Shown piece after piece: positions 49,796 through 61,061 of a DNA stretch of 64,000 nucleotides. The notes below the pieces were generated by a model. It saw only the letters and a list, made by a program, of their open reading frames with translations, did not search any database and was not told the DNA's origin. A program made the position numbers and the translations under genes. This DNA is from Mytilus edulis (Eukaryota): assembly GCF_963676685.1 (NCBI RefSeq), contig NC_092344.1:83328001-83392000 (forward strand), read 5' to 3'. Within the stretch, counting starts at the first letter, position 1; each line of letters opens with the position of its first letter.

Positions 49796-52579
49796 ATGAG
49801 ACAACAAGCGGCTTCTGTGTATTTCTATGGAATCTTATTAATATTTTGTATTCTGATTGTACAGTCCATTTCACAAACTATCAGTCCAGGCAGAACAGAG
49901 AAGTGGGAAAATCTTATGAATGGTGTGTTACAAAATTGTGTTCTGGAAACAGTTGATACAAATATAGCGACAAAAGTAGACAAAATGGCCGTAGATGGTG
50001 CTAAAGTAATTTACATTGATTTTAACTTGTATAATTTCAACGAAAGTTTAATTATACAGGACCAAGGCTCTGTTTACAATCCTGTATCCTGGGTAATGAC
50101 CACGGGAAGACATGGTCAAAGTCTTCTTCTTCTTCGTCCACAGTATGAGGTATTCTCATTGCGTTCTTTAAGCCTTGGCACAGAGCGGATCGAGGTTTCT
50201 GTGAAACAAACGCCAATGAACTGTCTGGCAGACTATAATGCTACCGTCGTTTCTGATGCACTTGGAGAGTTCTTACTACATAAATTTAAGACACCAAGTC
50301 GCAATACTTCAGTGTCTGTGGAGACTTTGAAAGAAACGGATCACATTTGTAACTTACATATAGTCCCCAAAAATGGTAAGGCGATATTCCATTACATGTG
50401 TTGTCATAAAACCTTAAGTGGCCATACTGAATGTCAACAATTGAAATCAGATAAATATCTAGCTGTTTTATTTGTCTGTATATTCATAGTTAACTTCTTT
50501 GCCGTTATGTTCAGTCCACTTCTAGTTCCATCAAAATGTTACCAAAAGAAATTTGAGACAACATCATATGAACACAAGCTAAGAAAACCAGTGATTTTAA
50601 CAGTTAGGAAAACGTCTGCAAAATCGAAAGAACAGTATTCATTTCCAGTCTCATATTTTGAAGAAATGACCGAGTTTAAGAAAACCGTTGAAAGTATGGG
50701 AACAGATATTACATATATAGTAACTGTCAGTAAAATCAACATAGTAACTGAAATGGCTCGACTTATGCCTTCAAACCGAGTACCCGTTGGATTGTTCGAA
50801 TCTTTATATAAAGCTTTAATTGATTGTGAAGTACGGAAGAAGCGTTCTATGGAGGGCTGTTGTGAAAGTAACATATTTGGATCGTGTAAACCGTTTAATC
50901 GGGAGTATCCCTGGTACAAAATTCTAAAATTAATCATGCACTTTTTACTGTATGTACTGGTAGTGATGATTTGGTTTGTTCGTCTATATGTCTATTTCAA
51001 ATTTGAACAGTCAGAACGTTTGGATAGACAAAATGCTGCATCGCAACGTAATTTAAAGCTTGGTTATACCGGGAATCTCACGTGGTATCTCACTCCAGTT
51101 CATATACTTTTCGTCACTTGTTACTGTATTTTTGTTGTGGATGTAATTCTTTTCGGAATAATTAGCAAGCAAGTCAAACGGACGCTTAAAAAAGTCCTGC
51201 GCAAATGTTTCCGTGATATGCGAGAAATTTCAAAAACGAGTGCGTTCGGATGGTCGATACAGATTTTACTTCATCCATTCAAACATTGTGGCGTATTTGG
51301 ATTTTTGTTTGCCTGGTTGTTTTATATCCCGGCTATCCCGGTATTCATAGTAACGCTTTCGTTTTATTGTTTCCCCACAATAAACGTGTTAGTGAGGTTA
51401 GTTATCTACTTCGTAGCATATCTTTTGCCATATGGACGCAACTGCCTCACGGAAAGGATTGCGGAAAGATTAAAACAACTATGGCGTTATATTCATAGAG
51501 TTTTCCAAATAGATATCTTAACCAGTCAGGAATCAATTGAACGACCGGAAAAATTGTCAGTGAAAAATAAAATATTGCAGGTAATAGTTATTTTTTCATG
51601 TTTGTTGACTATTTTATCGGCTGTTCTATTAGCTATGGAATGTATTGTGTTCTTAGCCGAAATTTTCATGTACACGCTTATCGGAATAGTAATAAATTCG
51701 TCTTTCACCTTGAAATATCTATCGTTGGCGTTCCTTCTTGGATTTTATGCGCGTGACTGTTTTAATACTGTTACAGTAGAATATTTAACCTTTAACAAAT
51801 TCTTGAATGGATACTTAGTAGACAAAATGAGAGATGAAGTCGAGAAAATAAGTATGCAAAGTCACGAAGATCAAAGAAATACGGCCTTCCAAGTCAGTCT
51901 GGATGGTATGGAAGGTCAAGACGATAAACCGGTATCTTTGACGAATGAACATGACAAACTGAAATGGATAATAAATAGCTTGATATTATTTTTAGATAAA
52001 AATGACACACCATACATAACATCAAAGTTTTTCTTTGATACATGTTACATGGAACAAGCAGGAGTTCCAGGACCACTAGTTTCTAGCCTACTTCGCGCAA
52101 CACAGCGATTTATGGTTATCTGCATTTTCTTATTCTTCGTTGTCATCGTTATTTTAGCATTTGGAGATGAATATGGAATATCAGCCACCAATCAAATGTT
52201 TGCTACCTTAGCCGGTGGATTTTTACCTTATATCCTGAGGTGGGTTTTGTTCAAGGATCCAGAACCCGTCACTGTAGACCCTAATAATCTTAGTTTCAAA
52301 AGTAAATTCCGACGAAAGATTAAGGAATACAAACAACTTTGGGAAGTTTCCGATATAATAGTTGATAGATTTAAAACAAAAGAGACAGAAGATGAGAATG
52401 AAGTCAAAATCACTGCAGCTGCGACAGACGACGAAAACATGTCACAGGACGAAGTGATCGTTCTCGAGGAAAACAATTCAAAAGACGACACAATCATGCT
52501 AGAGGAAATTAATGCTACTGTGAAAGACAATACAGTTCGGACAGTAGATCTTCTTATTTATGACAATTTTACTGTCTGA
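49796..52579 (+). CDS. Uncharacterised multi-pass membrane protein, 927 aa (paralogue B)
   Basis: First ATG at 49796 (the ORF track starts at a GTG), with a candidate acceptor ending at 49761. Same architecture as paralogue A, with long identical blocks. Confidence 0.9.
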   Translation: MRQQAASVYFYGILLIFCILIVQSISQTISPGRTEKWENLMNGVLQNCVLETVDTNIATKVDKMAVDGAKVIYIDFNLYNFNESLIIQDQGSVYNPVSWVMTTGRHGQSLLLLRPQYEVFSLRSLSLGTERIEVSVKQTPMNCLADYNATVVSDALGEFLLHKFKTPSRNTSVSVETLKETDHICNLHIVPKNGKAIFHYMCCHKTLSGHTECQQLKSDKYLAVLFVCIFIVNFFAVMFSPLLVPSKCYQKKFETTSYEHKLRKPVILTVRKTSAKSKEQYSFPVSYFEEMTEFKKTVESMGTDITYIVTVSKINIVTEMARLMPSNRVPVGLFESLYKALIDCEVRKKRSMEGCCESNIFGSCKPFNREYPWYKILKLIMHFLLYVLVVMIWFVRLYVYFKFEQSERLDRQNAASQRNLKLGYTGNLTWYLTPVHILFVTCYCIFVVDVILFGIISKQVKRTLKKVLRKCFRDMREISKTSAFGWSIQILLHPFKHCGVFGFLFAWLFYIPAIPVFIVTLSFYCFPTINVLVRLVIYFVAYLLPYGRNCLTERIAERLKQLWRYIHRVFQIDILTSQESIERPEKLSVKNKILQVIVIFSCLLTILSAVLLAMECIVFLAEIFMYTLIGIVINSSFTLKYLSLAFLLGFYARDCFNTVTVEYLTFNKFLNGYLVDKMRDEVEKISMQSHEDQRNTAFQVSLDGMEGQDDKPVSLTNEHDKLKWIINSLILFLDKNDTPYITSKFFFDTCYMEQAGVPGPLVSSLLRATQRFMVICIFLFFVVIVILAFGDEYGISATNQMFATLAGGFLPYILRWVLFKDPEPVTVDPNNLSFKSKFRRKIKEYKQLWEVSDIIVDRFKTKETEDENEVKITAAATDDENMSQDEVIVLEENNSKDDTIMLEEINATVKDNTVRTVDLLIYDNFTV

Positions 52580-52658
52580 TGATCTTAATCTGTATTTTTA
52601 ATCTTCTTTGTAATTACAAAATATTTTATCAGTGAATTAGTTCTTCAGTTATGTTAAC

Positions 52659-53961
52659 ATTATATGTTATTCAGGTCTCAGACAGGGTATATACTGTGAC
52701 ATTCCCGGCTTAGAGTTTATATCCCCTGAGCCGAAGGCGAAGGGGATATAAGCCCTAAGCCGGGAATGTCACAGTATATACCCTTTCTGAGACCTGAATT
52801 ACACATATATTACGGATTACCCCTTACTTAATGTTATTTTCCAGTGCAGGTATTTGTTCACAACACATATGAAAAACCCCAACCTGATATGTTCGGCATA
52901 CGTGAAGGATTTTCTAATTTGCTGTGAACAGAATTTGATCATGTATGTAATAATTTATAATAACACTTTTAACATCAAATTTAAGTATTAAAAGTGTAAA
53001 TTGCGTGATTTTGTATCACAAATGTATTATTGACTGAAGCACGTCATTATTTTCCCTCTGTGAGCCTCTGACAGTCTGATAGCTTTTGACTACGTCACAT
53101 AGAAACCGGTGTTATGATGACGTTTTTGAGGTTCCAATTGGGGATAAAAACGTCGTATATACCCCGGCAGTTTCCTGAATATATACTGACATCTCTGTGT
53201 TGTTATCCAATCACAAACCTCGACACATTTGTAATCCGTAATATAAGATCTTCTACATCTAATATTTTCAAAGGATATCAAAAGATCCACTCAAATATAA
53301 ACAGTCGGTATTTAGTTTGTCGATGTCCCGTTTATTATTAGAGGAATGTTTATATTCTTATAACGATATAAACATATATTACGGATTACAAATGTGTCGA
53401 GGTTTGTGATTGGATAACAACACAGAGATGTCAGTATATATTCAGGAAACTGCCGGGGTATATACGACGTTTTTATCCCCAATTGGAACCTCAAAAACGT
53501 CATCCTAACATCGGTTTCTATGTGACGTAGTCAAAAGCTATCAGACTGTCAGAGGCTCACAGAGGGAAAATAATGACGTGCTTCAGTCAATAATACATTT
53601 GTGATACAAAATCACGCAATTTACACTTTTAATACTTAAATTTGATGTTAAAAGTGTTATTATAAATTATTACATACATGATCAAATTCTGTTCACAGCA
53701 AATTAGAAAATCCTTCACGTATGCCGAACATATCAGGTTGGGGTTTTTCATATGTGTTGTGAACAAATACCTGCACTGGAAAATAACATTAAGTAAGGGG
53801 TAATCCGTAATATATGTGTAATTCAGGTCTCAGAAAGGGTATATACTGTGACATTCCCGGCTTAGGGCTTATATCCCCTTCGCCTTCGGCTCAGGGGATA
53901 TAAACTCTAAGCCGGGAATGTCACAGTATATACCCTGTCTGAGACCTGAATAACATATAAT
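52659..53961. repeat. 1303-bp palindrome: two inverted 587-bp copies of a long-hairpin element (52659-53245 and 53375-53961) around a 129-bp spacer
   Basis: Arms are reverse complements of equal length, with only about 2 mismatches noticed. Each arm has its own hairpin of about 145 bp and a tatattacggattac / gtaatccgtaatata pair. Confidence 0.95.
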
Positions 53962-54586
53962 ATGTATGCTAACATTAGTTCATACATGTATACGTGTGTA
54001 TAAGTATAACCAGAGTAATTTTTTTTATAAAAGAAAAATGAAAGATAACAAAAGATTCAAACTCAAGTCGAAAACAAACTGACAATGCCATGACAAAACA
54101 CGAAAAATTACGAAAGACAAATAGTATACAAAACACAAAAAAAAACCAAAAGACTGAGCCACACCAAAAATTGGGATGATTCCAGTTACTCTGGAAAGGT
54201 AAACAAATTCTGCTTCACATGTGGCACCCGTCAGGTTGCTCATGTATTCAGAACAACCCAGGTGATATATGTTCATGTCACATTCGAAGAAAAGTTTCTC
54301 ATTAATTTATTGATAAGTAAATGAAGAATGTTTTGAATAAATTACCTATTGTAAAGGAAAGTCTCTGTATTTCCTAAAATATAGATTCGATGTGAAAATT
54401 AAGAAGTCGGAGTAGATTTTAAAATAACAAAAAATACCTACGAATGATGCCAAGTCACAAATGTGCTTTACAACAAACAAAAAAACAAAAGAAAAAGACA
54501 AAAAGGCAGATTTCACTTTCCTGCTCTCATTTTCTTCATTGAAATTTCGTTCAAAATTTATATTCTATATGTATATAGTTTATTTA

Positions 54587-54764
54587 AGTGCACTGATAAC
54601 TTTAATTTCCAGAATCTGTTTCTGGAGTAGAAAGTCTTTAGATTTTATACACCAACGGTATCAACTATATATAACGATAGTGTATAAGATCTTAACGAAG
54701 GACTTTTATACACCAGGAAAAGGTTTGGGAAAAATATTTAGGAATTAAGAGTTATCAGTGCACT
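54587..54764. mobile_element. Small Kolobok-like MITE (178 bp)
   Basis: TIR agtgcactgataactttaatttcc / ggaattaagagttatcagtgcact, with flanks TTTA and TTAA. Confidence 0.6.
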
Positions 54765-56217
54765 TTAAGTAAGTACCATTATTTTGCCTTTTATGTATTT
54801 TTTATTCGTTCTTCACTGATGATTCTTCTGTAGAAGAAACGCCCGTCTGACAGAATTATGCATAGTCCCTGCATACATGTAGTATCGTTAATGACTTTTT
54901 ATTTAATGTTTGTCTTGGTTAACAAACTGCATGTGATTCCATCCAAATATTTCATTTACCAAAGTTATATGAGAATGAAATGAAGTGTATAATGATTTTA
55001 TTGAAATTTATTCATTCCCATAATATATTTTGAGTAAAAGGAAAATCTAACTCAAAGCTGAATTTCCTGTATTTAAAGACTCAGAACAAGCTGTATTCTT
55101 GCAAAGCAGATACCAACAAGAAAAAACTCACAATATTAATGCAGAAAATATATTCGAACTTACAAGAAACACCTTTAGATAACGAGGAACTTTCCAGATA
55201 AACTCGGTGATAAGAATATCTTCCGAAATGAGCCATCCAGTGTCGAGTTCTCTGATTCCATAGATAATGAATTATATGGAAACTGACTGGTTAAAACAAA
55301 CGAATGACTTCTCTTTCAATAGTTGTTTTATCTGTTAGGTTCATGTTTTGACTCTAGTGATACTCAAATTATTTTGTTCGAATAGTTTTCTATGTTATAC
55401 TTGGAGTCAATCAGAGAAACTCAGAAAAATATAAAATAAAACGTATGAATAATGACAGTTTTGTAATACGTCACATGCTTGGGAAGGAACAACCTTTCAC
55501 TAACACGGAACAGAGGTGTGACATCACAACTTTGGTAAATAAACGCATGAAACTGTCACGAAATCAGCTGGAAGTGGCTTGGTCCATTATATCGGTACTA
55601 AGCATACACAATAAATAATAAACAAACAAATAACTTGATAAAGTACCGATATGAATGTACTCCGCCGAAGCTTAATGTCAACTAATCAAACAATGTAACA
55701 TTAATCATTACACCTTACAACGGATTTAGTGTAAGTTCAGACCTTAAAGGCAATGCGAGAAAAGTCATGACGTTGTGTAAAACTTATACTTTGTCTTTTC
55801 TTTTTCAGCCATGTCATTAAAAGTTTGAATGTCCATCAAGTTGGAATCTGTCTCCTCTCTTTCGACTGATAGTATCCCCCTTTTTATTATATTTTTCAGT
55901 CCCGCGAAATATCATTCCTTTGGTTTAACTAAAAAAGACATTTGCTCAATAAAATAAGGAAAAAAGAAAATAACTGACATAAAGTATTTTAGGAAATACC
56001 AGAATTTTTTTTAGGCAATACATATTTATATACAGAAAACATAATCGGATACGTTCTATCGTACAAACAAAACATTTAATTTTCAAAACCATTTTCTTGA
56101 AGTTTTTGGTAGCTTCAAACAATAAAAAGCGCTGAAAAGTAAATTGTAATTTTACTTGAAAAACTTTTATTTTTAAAATTCGTTTAACATAGTAATCTGA
56201 AATTTGTATTTGATCAC

Positions 56218-56387
56218 CCAATCGGGGCACTTGCAAGAAGAAATTTGATTGGCTGCAATCTGGTGTCGAAGGTATACAAATATGGCGGACGTAATTGGGT
56301 TAGGAGCTGAAATGTCTTAATACAAATATACTGTTCATGCTGCAGTGAATGACATCACAACAGGACGCAATATTTAATGTTATAGAA
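56218..56387 (+). promoter_or_regulatory. Candidate promoter and first exon of the downstream EF-hand gene
   Basis: CCAAT (56218) and ATTGG (56248) boxes, YY1-like AATATGGCGG (56279-56288) and donor-like GTAAGA at 56388. Confidence 0.4.
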
Positions 56388-56959
56388 GTAAGAAAGCAAA
56401 AAATATAGTTTTCGACATACATCTTCCCAGATCGCCAATAAAACTGTAAACAAATAATTATGATGTCCTGGAAGGCTATTTTGATGTTTACTTTGACGCA
56501 TTTCCAGGTCCACAAGCCTTCTATCAAAATATGAAAATACCCTCAGCAGACTGCATGATCAGCTGGATTAAGATGACAAGTAGAAAATGTTGAACCAACC
56601 AAGGATTTGTACCCTACAAATCCTTGAACCAATTGTTCACCACAATGTCGATGTAATGAACATCTACATTTTATATAAGGTCCATCAACAGACAACACAC
56701 TTAGACAAAATGCCTGTGTTTTCACCATAAAGATTATGGGTGTTCAGACAAAACTGTACAAATTGAAAATTCCAAAGCCTGGAAGCACCTAGAATTGTCT
56801 TTAGTCTTTAGTAAGTGTCCCAAATGACACTGTAAACACTTGTGTACGTTTCCTCTTTTGTAGTTTCTTCACATATGTAATGTTCACTCATGTACTTAAT
56901 TGAAATGGTGGCTGCTGCTTAAAAAATTTTGACTTAATTTTGATATAGATTTATAGTGT

Positions 56960-58200
56960 TTTTTGCTGTATAGTGTTTTTGAATCTACCAGACTCCGTTA
57001 ATTTTCCAGATGGCACAATATCTCATTTCGATTGTCTCTATTAATGTCTTCTTCATCGATTCCTAATAAGGTGTCTAAATCCATGTGTATATTTCCTGTA
57101 ATAAAGTAAATAGATGTTCTCATCCTCTTTCTAGCCTCCTCATAGTTAGAACAATGTAAAAGGTAGTGTTCTACAGTTTCTGGCTCTCCACAGGAACAGT
57201 TTTTGTCTGATGATGGTATAATTTTGGATTTATAATCATTTAGATCACAATAACCTGTTCTCAAACTAGTAGTAATTGAAAACGACCATTTGGATGGTAA
57301 ATCTTTTGGTATTTTCTGACAAACTTTTTGATGATAGTTGTAATAATTTCTGCCACGTTGACTTGATTCCCATTGGTTCTGCCATTTTCTTAAAACACTT
57401 TCTCTTGCTGCACGTTTTATATCCTGCCTGGTTACTTCTGATGGTTCTTCTATTTTTTCAGCTTCTTTAGCTCCTTTTTTGGCCAGTGAATCAGCAATGT
57501 CATTTCCTTGGATATCAGCATGACTAGGTGTCCATTCAAAATTTAATGGAATTCCATTCATCTTTAATACTTTCATGTTTTTCTTAATTTCTCTTATGAC
57601 TTTGATGTAATTCTCTGATTTCCAGTTTAAAGTTAAAATTCCAATTGAGGTCTGACTATCTGAAAAAACTGTAATTGTTTTGTCTGTTTTCTGATATTAA
57701 AAAGTGGTCAACAACAAGTTTAATGGTGATCAGTTCTCCGAGTAGTATTGATCCTTTCTTGGATACAGCTTTACTAATTTCAATTTGTGGTTGATTATTT
57801 GATGGAAAGATGACAGCACCTGCTCCTACAGGGCCAGGACTACCAAGACAGGACCATCAGTAAATGCTATACATGAATTTGCTGGAAGATGACTTAGTTT
57901 TTCCATTATTATGTGTTTTCCAACATTTTTTTGGTCTGTTGATCTTGATTTGGAATTTCCAAGGTTTTTCCAATAATCTGGAGGAGATTTATATCTTTGT
58001 AACCCATTAAACTGAAATTCTGCTTCTATACCATTTACATCAACACCTGTACATACCTTCATGTCTTCTGCCTGAAGAATCATTTTTCCCACTGGAGATA
58101 CATATTTTTCAGGTATGTCAATTGTTTTCCAATCATCCAGGATTTGTAAAGGTGTTGATTTCTATTGCCCCTCTTTTGTCAATTTCATTCAATATATTAC
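56960..58200 (-). mobile_element. 3' fragment of an RNase H-containing non-LTR retrotransposon (I-group-like), frameshifted
   Basis: AFTDG and FEWTPSHADIQGNDIADSLAK (RNase H) plus CSCGEPETVEHYLLHC (C-terminal CCHC knuckle), split over broken frames. Confidence 0.85.
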
Positions 58201-59118
58201 AATACAATCACTACCTGAAGGGAGGGGCATCAAAAAAAAATCACCAGACTCTGGTATTTTTTACACCACTTGTGGCAAGAAAATGTTAACAATAAACTCA
58301 TCATAGATACCAGGACTAAATTTTATATACGCCGACACGTGTTTCGTCTACAAAGGACTCATCAGTGACGCTCGAATCCAAAAAAGTTAAAAAAGCCAAA
58401 TAAAGTACGAAGTTGAAGAGCATTGAGATCCAAAATTCCTAAGTGTTGCCAAATACAGCTAAGGTAATCTATGCCTGAGGTAGAAAAGCCTTAGCATTTC
58501 AAATAATTCATGTAGCTCAAAATATTTTTTTATCTTATTAAAACACAAAATGAATACAACTTCTTTATTTGTATATCATGATATCTATGTGCTGTCAGCC
58601 TTTAAATTTTAAAACTCTAAAACTCCCTCAGACAGGAAAACTGACAATCCTTGTCAATTAAGATTAGAGCCAAACAGACTTGCCCTATGTGGGGTTTTAA
58701 CTCACAACATAAGTGTTGACAGGCTAATGATACAGTAGATGAACTGCTTAAACCACTCAGCCACCAAGGCTTCTTTGTAAGCAGAATATATTGTTAAAAT
58801 ATAGGCAATGTCACCTCATGCATCATTAGTCCTTATAATTATGACATCTTGAAAGACTGCTGACAATTTTTTCTTACAAACTAAAATTTACTGAATGTTT
58901 GATCTATTTTATCCAGCAATCTAATCATATATGAAGCTCAGTGTGTAGACTTATGTTATACTATCTGAAAGTGAAGGATCTTGTGATATGTTGGAAAAGA
59001 AAATGGAGGATTATGTCATTGTCATCTTGGGCTTTCTTGGCTGTAGTTTTTACTTATTGTTTCGCCTGCTATGACTGATAGGTCAATGATATATATTTAT
59101 ATATACATGTATACATGT

Positions 59119-60464
59119 CAGTGTTCTCCCCAGGCCGTTTTAGCGTCGCGGTACCACGACGCTATATTTTTTCACCGTGATGCTATAATAATTCCCGCGA
59201 CGCTATAATTATTCCCGCGACGCTATTATTATTTTGAAGATGCTATTTTACTTGTCCTCAATTTTGAACTTTCATCTATTATCGATTATGATCATAAAAT
59301 TATATCACCTTTAATTGTAATCCCTTTAAGTCGGACACTAAAGGCAATTAAGAGATTAAATAGCCAGGTGTTAATTGCCCTCAGGGTGATAACTGTTTGG
59401 ATGCGAATATCCCAAGCTGACACTCGTGACATGACTAATACCACGTGTCTGCAATCACCAATTTCGACATGGAAAAATGCAATCACAAAATCAATTCGAA
59501 ATCTGTTTTGTATTACGAAATTTCAAAGATTAAAACGTTTTTTTTTTTAAAAGGTCGTTTATTTGTGCAACTCTCCAAAAAATACTTTCTTTCTCTTATG
59601 GTAATACGAGAGCGAGAATTTTGGTTTGAGCTAAAATAAGTTTTATACTTCTTTAAAAAGTGATCATAATTGGCTTAAGTTTATGTTTAATGCATTTAAT
59701 GCATTAAAAGCGTCTTATTTATTCACAATCTCTTGTCAAACAATGTTTATTCTCGGACTCATTTTCAAAATTTTTTCTACGGCCGCCATTGCACATTTTT
59801 ATGTAATCTACGGATCGGAACCGGACCAGATATGACAAAAATCTGCATTTTCACGATAATGACAACAGAGGGACAGTAGAAAGAAAAAATATACCAATAG
59901 AGAAAACTACGCATTAATAGACTATTTGTTAGATAACTTTGTTAAAAATACATATCATTTTGATGTAAAGATAAGAAACAACAGGGACTAATTCATTGAG
60001 TGCCATGAAACAATGAATTTCATAAACATGATAAAAAAAAGTTTTTAAATTGATATTTTTTTTGCTACTTTTGCTACTTTATCTTTACTTAATATAATAT
60101 AAAAAATAGTTAATTTTGTGTAATAGATATTTAGTTTTGTATATATACAGTTTGCACTATGATGAACCATTCATTCATTTGACTTATGTGTTGGGTAACT
60201 GAAAGCACATATTTATTTTTATTTGGCACAAGAGGAAAAAAAATAATTCTTTAACTATAAATGAATAAAGAAAACATAAACTGAAACAACTGTTTTTGTT
60301 GTTATAGTTTAATTGTGTTCTCAGTTATGAATTGAACAATATAAACTAAAACATATAAAGGAAATAGAGCATCAACGCGACGCGACAAATGACATTAAAA
60401 AAAATACAGTTAATTTTTTTTACGCAAAATGTGATGCTATCCAAAATTTCTGGGGAGAACACTG
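59119..60464. mobile_element. hAT-like non-autonomous element (1346 bp)
   Basis: Perfect 15-bp TIR cagtgttctccccag / ctggggagaacactg, with subterminal cgcgacgctata repeats. Both flanks carry CATGT; there is no clean 8-bp TSD. Confidence 0.7.
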
Positions 60465-61061
60465 CATGTATGAAGTTACATTTATGGCTTGATATCTCAG
60501 TTTGTCAACCACCTTTAGGACCTGTCCACCAGATCATGGTTTAGTGACTGAATTGATAACCAATGTTGGTGTCCATCAAATTGTCTTTGTCTGAATATTA
60601 TGTCTACACACAAGACTAATTTCTGTGTCAACAGTTTATTGTGGTATGGAACGATTTTAAAGTATTCATGCATTTCTGGCATATACATGTATATATCATT
60701 TGTCTGTGACCTCATTTTTGTAGTTCATTGGTCAAAATTATTCAGGTCTTCTTCCAAGATACTATAAGGGGCATGAGGAATAGGTCAACTATATTTGGTG
60801 TATGGAATGTTAAAAGGGTTTACCTGACCTTGACCTCATTTTCATGGATCTTGAATCATGATTTAAATCTAATGTGTCTGTACATGTACATGTATGTGAA
60901 TAACTTCAAACCTTACAAAATAAAAAAAGAATAGGGTTAAGGGTCTGTATACCTTTTTTGAAGAAAAAATCATAGTATTCATGGTACCATAATGTGACTT
61001 TCAATAGCAATTTCTTAAAATGATAATTCATATTCAATATTTTATGTTTTCTGTCTTGAAG

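Noticed and set aside
14982-52530. Short ORFs overlapping the GIMAP and membrane-protein genes (e.g. 14982, 22279, 22749, 37192, 45728, 50539, 52228)
   Set aside because: Antisense or alternate-frame shadows of real coding sequence.
55050-55290. Coding-looking stretch (KAEFPVFKDSEQAVFLQSRY...)
   Set aside because: Short, interrupted by stops, with no splice or homology support visible.
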